Below, piece by piece: positions 47,122 to 56,051 of a DNA stretch of 64,000 bases; the first letter of the stretch is position 1; each line of letters begins with the position of its first letter. A program made the position numbers and the translations under genes. The stretch lies in contig JAWBTW010000005.1 of assembly GCA_039000165.1 (NCBI GenBank), positions 981-64,980 of the forward strand, read 5' to 3'. The notes beneath the pieces were generated by a model. That model saw nothing but the letters and a program-made list of their open reading frames with translations. It searched no databases and was not told where the DNA came from. This DNA comes from Candidatus Aenigmatarchaeota archaeon. Its GTDB lineage: Archaea; Aenigmatarchaeota; Aenigmatarchaeia; CG10238-14; SCSR01.

Positions 47122-50100
47122 ATGATAAAATTCCCCGCTTTTTTATTAGCTTTTCTTATTACCTTAATTTTTTTCATTAGCGAGTCCGGTGCTTACGATT
47201 TTGCAATAATAAACACAACTAATGTACCAGAAGTAAACAACATATACGAAATGTTTAAAAATTTGGGTATAACTTACAAAAGTCTTTCACCTTCTCAAGT
47301 AACAAGCGAATCTGTTTTTAGCGATGTAAATGGTATAGTCTCTTTTATAGATGAAGGTTTTCCTGTGGCAAATTCCTCTGCAGTAATCGAGTTTGCAAAA
47401 AACCATGTTGTTATATGCCATGCTTACGACTTTGCAAATTATTATTTTCCTTCTTACTCAACTTCTTATCTTAAAGTCTCAGGAAGTACAGTAAATTACA
47501 CTAAGGACTGGGGAAATTTTAGAAAAAACGATAAAGCTCATTTTCAAAGAGAAGACGGCACTTTATACATTTTTCTATCTAGCTCTTTAGAGGGTGATCC
47601 AACAATTGAAAAAATTGCTCAATTCGATGCTACAAGAACTGCTTTCTTCCAAAAGAAAGGTTTAACAGAAAATACTGGCTTTTATGTTCTTGACCTTAAG
47701 GTTACGAGAAACGAAACGGAATGGTCCGGAATTTGGCATATTTTTCCTGCAGTCAAGCTAGTAAAAAATTTTTCGACCGGTAAATATGCGATGTGGATGA
47801 GTAATGGAGTATACTGGTGGGATATAAACTGGGTAAACACCTTTACAGATAGTTTAGCTACAAACAATCCAGAAATAGTTTCGAAAATTGTTATAGGTAA
47901 AAGTCTTGAAGGTAGAGATATTAGCGCTATTCTCATCGGAAAAGGCAATCGGTATGTAATAATTGATGGGACAATTCACGGTAATGAAAAATTGTCAACG
48001 TTTGCAAGCTTGAGATTTGCTGAAATGATTATCGAAAATTATAAAGCTAGAGGTTATTGGTACGATAGGTTACAAGAATTAAAGGTAATCATACTACCAA
48101 TTTTAAATCCTGACGGATTTGTCCATAATTGGAGACAAAATGCTAGAAGTTATCTTTATCCTTCAGATTATCAAAAATCTGGGTATGCTATGGCAGTGAA
48201 TGACCAATGGATTGCTCATGGCATACCAAATAGGGCAGAAGTTGAAGGTCATAAGTGTAATATTGTTCCTCAAGATTCTAATGTTAACGGAACAGTTTTA
48301 AGTGTTAATCAAACACATTTCAAAGTTGGTTTGACTTGGAAATCTGATGGCTCGCCAATAACCACACCTACAAACATTTCGTGGAGCTGCAATGCAACAT
48401 GTTGTAATTTAAACCGTGATTTTCCACCAGGTGCTGACGCTAGCGAACCAGAAACTAAAGCTTTAATAAACCTGGCAGCAAATTATACTCCTATAATTTA
48501 CATAAATGGACATGAGGGTGCTTACTACGAGTACAATAAATATTATTATGCTTCTAATTTAAAAGAGCCTTACATGGGTTTTGCAAAAAGAGCTACTAGT
48601 TTTGCTAAGACAATTTTTACAAACTTAAAACACTGGGGCTATTATACTGATGGAGGAACAAATTATTTCCTTGGAAGAGTGGATACTGCAGCATGCTGTA
48701 ATAATGTTTTTGCTGCTTATTATGTCACATGGAAACATAATGCTTCTTCTTATCTTGTAGAAACGATTGTGTGGAGTAGCACTTATGGGGCCAGACAACA
48801 GTTATACGGTTTTGATTATTATCTTTCCTTTTTTGACGGAGTTATTTCTCATCTAGATATCCTCAAAGAAAAAAATTTTGTTATTCATAGCACAGCAAAA
48901 ATTAAGTCGTTCAATTATGATAACCAATTAATCGTTATGTTAGATACTTCAGAAGCCATTTTACCTACACAAACTGTCATCTTTCTTGGGAATTATGGAA
49001 AACCTAATTCTGTAAAAATTGACGGGATAGAAAAATCTGAAGGTGATGGTTGGGTTTATTATACTGATAGCAATAACATAACCATTACAGGAGCTTCAAA
49101 CTCAATTGTGCTTGGTTGGGAGCCAACTTACACTGCTACCTTTTATCAAACAGGAATTCCTTCTGGTACACCATGGGGTGTTACTGTTGCTAGTAATAGG
49201 TATACTTCTACAGCAAGTAGTTTAACTGTATCTGGGCTGACAGGAACTGTTTCTTACAGCTATGATGCCATTGTTCCTGATACACCAGGAACTAGATACT
49301 CTTGTGTTTCAGATTGTTCTGGCTACGTTAGCCAAGAGTATAATACAACTTCAGCAAATTACATTACTCAATATTTCTTGGCAATGAGCGTAAATCCCGT
49401 AGGAAGTGGTAATGTAGCCCCAGGTAACGGATGGTATAACTCTAGTATGTCAATTACCATTAGTGCAAGTCCAAATCCCGGTTATGGCTTCTCTTTTTGG
49501 AATGGTTCTGGATCAGGCAGTTATACTGGCATAGAAAATCCTGCGTCGATAACGATGAATTCACCAATAACAGAAATTGCTAATTTTGTTCCTTTTTCCG
49601 ATGTAATCGGTTACTGGAAGTTTGACGAAGGCTCTGGTTATGAAGCAAAAGATTCCTCTGTTTATAAAAATAATGGTATAGTTAATGCATCATGGTCCTT
49701 AACTAATTGTCTTTCAATTTATTGCCTTAATTTTGACGGTATTGATGATGTTATCAACTGTTCGAATTCTTCAATTTTAAACCCTAGCCCAACAGGAAGC
49801 ATAACAGTAGAAGCCTGGATTTATCCAAGATCATACGGTGGAAACGGCTTAGGAAGAGTTGTTTCTAAAGAAACAGGAACTACAGCAAACCCTTATGCCT
49901 TAGAGTTAAGAAACACAACCGAAGCTTATACAAACGGCTTAGTCTTTTGCATAGGAAACGGAACTTCAGAAACTTGCACTATAGGTTCAGCTTGCAACAA
50001 CATAATTGCTCTAAACACATGGCAGCATGTTGCAGGAAGATATAATCGCACGCACTTAAGCGTTTTCGTAAACGGTGTTGAAAAGTGCACTCAAAGCTTA

Positions 50101-50706
50101 CTTGATTACAACTTCCAACCAGCTCCAACAAACCTTTTGATAGGAAACAACCCCACTAACTTAAGACAATTTAACGGCACCATAGACGAAGTTAGAATCT
50201 GGAACAGAGCTTTAAGCAACGAAGAAATAAAAAGTGAGTACGAAAAATTCAAGAAAATTTTTGGGCAACTGAAAGATAAGAATGGTATGGCTCTTCATGC
50301 TAACATCACAATTTACCAAGAAGATACAGAAAATATAGTATCTTTAGTCAAGACCGACGATTTTGGTAATTATCTTCTTCATGTATTGACAGGGAAGTAC
50401 GATGTCAAGTTTAGCTTTTTAGACTTTTCCTTTTCTGATTATTGGGTTAAATTTTTATCTCTCAATATATCTTCTCACCTTTTCAATCTTTTAAACCAAA
50501 TAGGTAAAACAAACAACAAAATCTCCTTCAATTTAAATATCAGTAATGACCAATTGATTGAAATTTACAGTCAAAGTAAGCCAACAAATGTTATGGCTAA
50601 CGACAAAAAACTGACTGAAGTTTTCTCTTTTTATAACTTGCAACCAAACACTTGGTTTTATGATTCGAGTGGAAAAAAACTTTATTTGTTTGTTTTAATT
50701 TCTTAA
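47122..50706 (+). CDS. Secreted multidomain protein: signal peptide + M14 zinc carboxypeptidase domain + LamG lectin-like domain + shared C-terminal module
   Basis: 1194 aa. M14 motifs IGKSLEGRDISAILIG and GTIHGNEKLST (HxxE) plus ILPILNPDGF. LamG block FDGIDDVINCSNSSILNP..ITVEAWIYPRSYGGNGLGRVVSKE..WQHVAGRYNRTHLSVFVNG..FNGTIDEVRIWNRALSNEEI. The C-terminal module is paralogous to 39897-42098 and 42131-45304. Confidence 0.7.
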   Translation: MIKFPAFLLAFLITLIFFISESGAYDFAIINTTNVPEVNNIYEMFKNLGITYKSLSPSQVTSESVFSDVNGIVSFIDEGFPVANSSAVIEFAKNHVVICHAYDFANYYFPSYSTSYLKVSGSTVNYTKDWGNFRKNDKAHFQREDGTLYIFLSSSLEGDPTIEKIAQFDATRTAFFQKKGLTENTGFYVLDLKVTRNETEWSGIWHIFPAVKLVKNFSTGKYAMWMSNGVYWWDINWVNTFTDSLATNNPEIVSKIVIGKSLEGRDISAILIGKGNRYVIIDGTIHGNEKLSTFASLRFAEMIIENYKARGYWYDRLQELKVIILPILNPDGFVHNWRQNARSYLYPSDYQKSGYAMAVNDQWIAHGIPNRAEVEGHKCNIVPQDSNVNGTVLSVNQTHFKVGLTWKSDGSPITTPTNISWSCNATCCNLNRDFPPGADASEPETKALINLAANYTPIIYINGHEGAYYEYNKYYYASNLKEPYMGFAKRATSFAKTIFTNLKHWGYYTDGGTNYFLGRVDTAACCNNVFAAYYVTWKHNASSYLVETIVWSSTYGARQQLYGFDYYLSFFDGVISHLDILKEKNFVIHSTAKIKSFNYDNQLIVMLDTSEAILPTQTVIFLGNYGKPNSVKIDGIEKSEGDGWVYYTDSNNITITGASNSIVLGWEPTYTATFYQTGIPSGTPWGVTVASNRYTSTASSLTVSGLTGTVSYSYDAIVPDTPGTRYSCVSDCSGYVSQEYNTTSANYITQYFLAMSVNPVGSGNVAPGNGWYNSSMSITISASPNPGYGFSFWNGSGSGSYTGIENPASITMNSPITEIANFVPFSDVIGYWKFDEGSGYEAKDSSVYKNNGIVNASWSLTNCLSIYCLNFDGIDDVINCSNSSILNPSPTGSITVEAWIYPRSYGGNGLGRVVSKETGTTANPYALELRNTTEAYTNGLVFCIGNGTSETCTIGSACNNIIALNTWQHVAGRYNRTHLSVFVNGVEKCTQSLLDYNFQPAPTNLLIGNNPTNLRQFNGTIDEVRIWNRALSNEEIKSEYEKFKKIFGQLKDKNGMALHANITIYQEDTENIVSLVKTDDFGNYLLHVLTGKYDVKFSFLDFSFSDYWVKFLSLNISSHLFNLLNQIGKTNNKISFNLNISNDQLIEIYSQSKPTNVMANDKKLTEVFSFYNLQPNTWFYDSSGKKLYLFVLIS

Positions 50707-50715
50707 TTTAAGAAT

Positions 50716-51279
50716 TCAACAAATTTTTTCTCCTAAAATCTCAAAAATACTTTCATTCACAAAAACTGGTACTTCATAATCAACTCTTGCAGCTATAGCT
50801 AAGGCATCGCTTGGTCTAGAATCTAAGCCAAGAATCAAATTACCTTGTTTTAAAAAAAGTTTTGAAATGTAAGTTATTCTCCAGCTGCAATTTTCTTCTG
50901 GTAAGCAAGTCTCGTTTCTTGCTTCTGTTATTTTTACCATCAAAACTTGAATCCCAAAGTTTTTTAGCATATCTTTTATTAAATCATGAGTATAAGGTCT
51001 TGGTCCTAAAATTCTTTCCATTCCTCTTCCTATGGAAATTGCTTGGTTTTTATCAACTACCATACTTATTTGTTTGCAATCGCTTGTTAGCCTAACGATT
51101 CCTTCATCTTCTTTTATTTCAACAGAGACAGAAGAAGGGGCAAAACCTATTGTTGAGAGTTGGGGCAAAGCAAAAAAAGTTGAGAAGAAATTGCTTAGCA
51201 AATACCAAAAGAATAAAATAGCCAATATCAAAATTAAAAAAATCGTTGCGAATTTGTAAAAATTCCTTTCTTTTTTCAT
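50716..51279 (-). CDS. Membrane-anchored bifunctional nuclease (BFN/DUF151) domain protein
   Basis: 187 aa. N-terminal TM (ATIFLILILAILFFWYLL), then ISMVVDKNQAISIGRGMERILGPRPYTHDLIKDMLKNFGIQVLMVKI...RPSDALAIAARVDYEVPVFVNE, typical of the DUF151 nuclease family. Confidence 0.6.
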   Translation of the reverse strand: MKKERNFYKFATIFLILILAILFFWYLLSNFFSTFFALPQLSTIGFAPSSVSVEIKEDEGIVRLTSDCKQISMVVDKNQAISIGRGMERILGPRPYTHDLIKDMLKNFGIQVLMVKITEARNETCLPEENCSWRITYISKLFLKQGNLILGLDSRPSDALAIAARVDYEVPVFVNESIFEILGEKIC

Positions 51280-51302
51280 AATTTTAAAATAGCATTAGGC
51301 TT

Positions 51303-52271
51303 TTAAATCTCTAAGATGCAATCTTCCAAATTCTTATCGTTCCTTAATCTTACAAAGGAAGGAGCTCTTAGTTGTAAATCTTTTGTTATCTCCATAAACT
51401 TTACTTCACATATTAGCTTGGGCTTAACCCAGTTTACTATTAAATCAGAAGGAAGTTTTGGTTTTTCTTCTAAAGGGCATTCGTCTATTCTTAATTTTTT
51501 CAACTCTTCTGTAAGCTCAGCATATCCTTTTTCATCTAGGCCTGTTCCACATCTTCCTACATACTTTAATTTTCCTTGATGGAAACAAGCTAAGACCAAA
51601 GCTCCGAAGTATTTTTCACGCCAACCTTCACCTTTTGTATATCCTACAATAATACAATCTAAAGTTTTTAAGAACTTTATTTTCAACCAATTTTTACTTC
51701 TTTTTCCTATTTCATACTTTGAATCTAGGCGTTTTGCCATTATCCCTTCCAAACCCTTTTCCTTGGCTTTCTCAAAAAGATCTTTTCCTCTGCCAATTAT
51801 ATAGCTTGAAAGCATTATTCTTTGATTTTCTTTAACAATACTCTCCAGAATCCTTTTTCTTTCAATCAAAGGCTTATCAACTAAATCTTTTCCGTCTAAA
51901 TGTAAAATATCAAAAACAACGTAAGTAGCTGGCATGATTTCAGATAAAAGCTTAATTCTTAGTTTTTCTCCAACATGCTCTCTTGTCTGCAAAGCAAAAA
52001 AATCTGGCTTACCTTTTTTAAAGACAACTATTTCCCCGTCTAGCACAACTCTTTTTGCGTTTATGTTTTCATAAATTTTAAGAAGTTCAGGATAGTTTGA
52101 CTGGAAGAACTTAAGCCTTCTGTTGAGAAACCTCACTTCCTTTTTTTCTTTATCTATATAAGCTATAGTTCTTGTACCATCTAGCTTAATCTCAAAACAG
52201 AATTCGTCAGAATCAAAAGGTTCTGATATATAAGCAAGCATTGGTTTTATTATTTGGTCGAAAAGTGTCAT
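51303..52271 (-). CDS. ATP-dependent DNA ligase, minimal LigD-type ligase domain (adenylation + OB)
   Basis: 322 aa. Motif I EIKLDGTR (KxDGxR), motif III FDILHLDG, motif IV DGEIVV, motif V EGIMAKR, motif VI WLKIK. Confidence 0.8.
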   Translation of the reverse strand: MTLFDQIIKPMLAYISEPFDSDEFCFEIKLDGTRTIAYIDKEKKEVRFLNRRLKFFQSNYPELLKIYENINAKRVVLDGEIVVFKKGKPDFFALQTREHVGEKLRIKLLSEIMPATYVVFDILHLDGKDLVDKPLIERKRILESIVKENQRIMLSSYIIGRGKDLFEKAKEKGLEGIMAKRLDSKYEIGKRSKNWLKIKFLKTLDCIIVGYTKGEGWREKYFGALVLACFHQGKLKYVGRCGTGLDEKGYAELTEELKKLRIDECPLEEKPKLPSDLIVNWVKPKLICEVKFMEITKDLQLRAPSFVRLRNDKNLEDCILEI

Positions 52272-52358
52272 AATTAGATTTTATAAAAGAAATAATTTCT
52301 TTTCTTCTTTTTAAATCTCAAAACTCTGGAAAATTGGATTGGGTAAATTATCCAAAGT

Positions 52359-53165
52359 TCATCTACTATTCACTTCTTTCTTTTCCTCTTTCTTCTTTTT
52401 CACAGTTTCTATACTAGCTTTTAAAGCTTCTACAAGCTCCTTGGTTTCAGGAATTTTTTCCTCCTTAACTTCAATTTCCTTTCCTTCTGCTCTTGCTTTT
52501 ATCAGTTTCATAAGTTCTTCTGTGTAATTATCCTTAAACTTCGAAGCATCAAATTCTGATTCAGTTAACTTTGAAATTAAGGCTTGGGCTAGCTTAAGTT
52601 CCTCTTCTCTTACAGTTACTAAATTCTTAAGCTCGCTTATCTCTTCTATGTCCTTTATTTCTCCCAAGTAATGTAGAATGTGCATTACCAAACCCTTTTT
52701 AAAAGCTCTTATCGCAACCAAATATTCTTTATTTCTTATGACGACCTTCCCTATTGCAACTTTGTTCGTAATTCTTAGGGCTTCGACAAAAAGAGAGTAA
52801 GCTTTTATTCCTGTTTCTTCAGGGGCAATGTAATAGCTTTTTTCCAAGAATATCGGGTCTATTTGAGAAGCATCTACAAATTCTTGAATTTCTATAGCTT
52901 TAGTTGTTTTAAGCCTGAGCTTTTCCAGGTCTTCCTTTTTAATTATTACATACTGATCCTTAGCTATTTTGTATCCTTTTTCGATATCCTCATATGCAAC
53001 TTCTTTCTCGCATTTTGGACACCATCTCTTATAAACTAAAGGAGTTCCGCATTCTTTATGTAAATTATTAAAAGAAATTACTCTACTTTCTGTTGCCTTA
53101 TAAATCTTTATCGGAATGTTTACCAAGCCAAAAGATATGCTTCCTGAAAATATTGCTCTTGTCAT
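52359..53165 (-). CDS. ku: Ku protein (bacterial/archaeal single-domain Ku)
   Basis: 268 aa. MTRAIFSGSISFGLVNIPIKIYKATE is the hallmark Ku N-terminus; acidic/lysine-rich C-tail. Confidence 0.85.
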   Translation of the reverse strand: MTRAIFSGSISFGLVNIPIKIYKATESRVISFNNLHKECGTPLVYKRWCPKCEKEVAYEDIEKGYKIAKDQYVIIKKEDLEKLRLKTTKAIEIQEFVDASQIDPIFLEKSYYIAPEETGIKAYSLFVEALRITNKVAIGKVVIRNKEYLVAIRAFKKGLVMHILHYLGEIKDIEEISELKNLVTVREEELKLAQALISKLTESEFDASKFKDNYTEELMKLIKARAEGKEIEVKEEKIPETKELVEALKASIETVKKKKEEKKEVNSR

Positions 53166-53181
53166 AACACCACAATTTATT

Positions 53182-54279
53182 TTATGTTATGTAATTTAAA
53201 TCTAACTTTTTTGCATAATTTATAACTTCCTTAAACTCTTCTTGAGTAATATTTCTATTTATATCAATCTGCTCCAAGGCCTTAAATTCTGGCCTGTATT
53301 GGTCCATTATGTTTACTACACATTTATCCTTGATGTTCTTTGCAATCCATTCTAATACTGGCTTGCTACAGCACTCAACATGGTTTGGTAAAATTAAGTG
53401 TCTAACAGTTACTTCAGCTTGGTTTGCAGCTATCAAATGGTTTCTAGATACTACTTCAAAATAATTCTTTACCTTTGATAACCTTAAGGCGCACTCATCA
53501 TTTCCGTACTTAAAGTCTGGTAAGTATAAGTCAACCACACCTTCAAGAATTTTCATAGTCTTTTCGCTCATGTAAAAGTTAGAGTTCCAAACAACTGGAA
53601 CATTAGCGTTACAATACTTCAAACTTTCAAGGATTGTTAAAAGGTTAGGCGTAGGCTCTCCACCAACAAAGTTAACGTTTCTACATCCTTGTTCCCTTCT
53701 TTTTTCCATAATTCTTGCCAAATTCTTTGGTACAATTAAATAACCTTGCTCGAGCCATTGACTTATAGTATAGTTTTGACAATACACACAATGAAAGTTA
53801 CAACCCATGAAGAAAATTGTATGGCTAGGAGTAATATGGGCTTCCTCTCCTAGATGAATACTCTCGGAAGAAATCAAGGCTTCCTTGCCAACTTTACAAT
53901 TGCCTTTTTTTCCTCTAATTCTGTTAACTTTACACTTTCTTTCACATAGTTCGCAAGTTTCCATCATTTCTCTTGTGAGCATAATTTTCAAGTCAATCAA
54001 AGAATACCTAGGTATTTCTAGTTCTTTCAACTTAAGCTTCTCCCTATCACAAGCTTCTCTTATCTCGTAAAACTTTTTCATAAGCTCAGAATGAATTTTC
54101 CAAAGTTCTTCTGAGCTTAAACTTTTTTCAAATTCAAAAACTATTCTTCTTGCAATTTGAAAATTGGCCCAGGCTTGATCTTCAACTGTTTTAACGTATC
54201 TCGGCAAGATTTTTTTAATTAAAGGTTCTTCTAGGGCTCTTGCTGCATCTGGTCTTATGAGATAAAAGTAGCTAACCAT
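53182..54279 (-). CDS. Radical SAM protein, PflX/AmmeMemoRadiSam-like activase family
   Basis: 365 aa. Radical SAM cluster motif CNFHCVYCQN (Cx3Cx2C), preceded by the Cys-rich CELCERKCKVNRIRGKKGNC segment seen in PflX-type proteins. Confidence 0.65.
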   Translation of the reverse strand: MVSYFYLIRPDAARALEEPLIKKILPRYVKTVEDQAWANFQIARRIVFEFEKSLSSEELWKIHSELMKKFYEIREACDREKLKLKELEIPRYSLIDLKIMLTREMMETCELCERKCKVNRIRGKKGNCKVGKEALISSESIHLGEEAHITPSHTIFFMGCNFHCVYCQNYTISQWLEQGYLIVPKNLARIMEKRREQGCRNVNFVGGEPTPNLLTILESLKYCNANVPVVWNSNFYMSEKTMKILEGVVDLYLPDFKYGNDECALRLSKVKNYFEVVSRNHLIAANQAEVTVRHLILPNHVECCSKPVLEWIAKNIKDKCVVNIMDQYRPEFKALEQIDINRNITQEEFKEVINYAKKLDLNYIT

Positions 54280-54289
54280 AATTATTCTT

Positions 54290-55909
54290 TTATAAACAAG
54301 CTTTAATTAATCCATCGAAAAGCGGAGCAGGTTTTAAAGGTCTTGACTTGAATTCTGGATGGGCTTGAGTCGCAACAAAATATTTATGATTTGGTAGTTC
54401 TATAAATTCAACAAGCTTTTTATCCGGAGAAAGACCAGAAAATACTAGACCATTTTTCTGTAAGATTTCGTGGAACTTTGGGTTTACCTCATACCTATGC
54501 CTATGTCTTTCAGTGATTCTTTCCTTCTGCCCGTAAAGCTTCCAAACTAAACTACCTTTTTTGAGAATAGCTGGATAAGCGCCTAGCCTCATGCTTGCCC
54601 CATACCTTGATTCTTTAAGTATTTTTTTCTGTTCAGGCAAAATATCAATAACCGGATAAGGAGTATCTGGGTCAAATTCCGTGCTGTTAGCGTTCTTTAA
54701 ATTGCAAACATTTCTTGCAAACTCAACCACAGCCAACTGCAAACCTAAACATAAGCCTAAGAAAGGAATGTTTTTTTCTCTAACATATCTTATAGCTAAA
54801 ATTTTCCCTTCTATTCCAGTTTTTCCAAAGCCACCCGGAACTATTACTCCGTCAAGTGAGTCAAGAATAGAAAGTTTTTTGCTATCTTTTTCAAATTCTT
54901 TTGAGTCAATCCACTCTATTTCTGCTTTAGCATTATTGTTTGCTGCCGCATGTTTTATTGCTTCTATCACAGAGATGTAAGAGTCTGGCAAGCGGTACAA
55001 GCCAATGTCAAAATATTTACCGACTATACCAATTTTAACAACTTTTTTTGCTTTGTTCATTTTTTCGACAAATCTTTTCCATTCAATCATCTTGGAATAA
55101 TTGGATTTAGGTTTAAGGTTAAACTTTTCCAGTATTTTATCCCCGAATTTTTGTTTTTCAAATAGCAGAGGCAATTCATAAACATTCTCGACATTTGGGT
55201 TCGAAATTATGTAATCTTTTTGAATGCTGCAGAAAAGGGAAAGCTTTTCTTTTCTCACATCATCTACAGGTTCTTCAGACCTACAAACTAGGAAGTCAGG
55301 TTGAATTCCTATTTCTCTTAATTCTTTTATAGAATGTTGTGCAGGTTTTGATTTCATTTCACCTAAACTTTTAACCACAGGCAAATAAACTACATGGATA
55401 AAAATGACTTTTTCTCCTTCGAATTTCATTTGCCTTGCAGCCTCTAAAAACAAAACATTTTCATAATCTCCTACAACACCACCAATTTCAACCAAAACAA
55501 AATCTGCTCTTGTTTTTTTAGCGATATTTTTAATTCTTTTTTTTATTTCATCTGTTATGTGAGGAATAGGTTGAACAGTTTTTCCCAAATATTCTCCTCT
55601 TCTCTCCTTTTCTATGACAGTATAGTAAATTTGTCCAGTGGTTATGTTATGTTCTTTGCTTATGTTTGCATCTAAAAATCTTTCATAATGTCCTAAATCT
55701 TGATCTATTTCCCCGCCATCTTCTGTTACCCACACTTCACCATGCTCAGTAGGTCTTAAGGTGCCTGCATCCATGTTAATGTAAGGGTCTATTTTAATGG
55801 CTGTAGCAGTATAACCTTTCAACTGCAAAACTTTTCCTATGGAAGCTGTTGTTATCCCTTTTCCTAAGCCAGAAATTACTCCACCTGTTATGAAGATATA
55901 ATTACTCAT
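54290..55909 (-). CDS. pyrG: CTP synthase
   Basis: 539 aa. MSNYIFITGGVISGLGKGITTASIG N-terminal synthetase motif and a C-terminal glutamine amidotransferase region (GLCLGLQ). Confidence 0.95.
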   Translation of the reverse strand: MSNYIFITGGVISGLGKGITTASIGKVLQLKGYTATAIKIDPYINMDAGTLRPTEHGEVWVTEDGGEIDQDLGHYERFLDANISKEHNITTGQIYYTVIEKERRGEYLGKTVQPIPHITDEIKKRIKNIAKKTRADFVLVEIGGVVGDYENVLFLEAARQMKFEGEKVIFIHVVYLPVVKSLGEMKSKPAQHSIKELREIGIQPDFLVCRSEEPVDDVRKEKLSLFCSIQKDYIISNPNVENVYELPLLFEKQKFGDKILEKFNLKPKSNYSKMIEWKRFVEKMNKAKKVVKIGIVGKYFDIGLYRLPDSYISVIEAIKHAAANNNAKAEIEWIDSKEFEKDSKKLSILDSLDGVIVPGGFGKTGIEGKILAIRYVREKNIPFLGLCLGLQLAVVEFARNVCNLKNANSTEFDPDTPYPVIDILPEQKKILKESRYGASMRLGAYPAILKKGSLVWKLYGQKERITERHRHRYEVNPKFHEILQKNGLVFSGLSPDKKLVEFIELPNHKYFVATQAHPEFKSRPLKPAPLFDGLIKACL

Positions 55910-56051
55910 GCTTTTTTGTATGTTTTACAAGAATTAATATTTTTTTCTCTTTTTCCAAAACTTATCGTATATTTTTCTAAACCAGTATGATTTTGTCTTT
56001 TTTAGGCTTTGCTTAACATGAAAAAACCTTCTCTTTACCCTTACCATAAAC

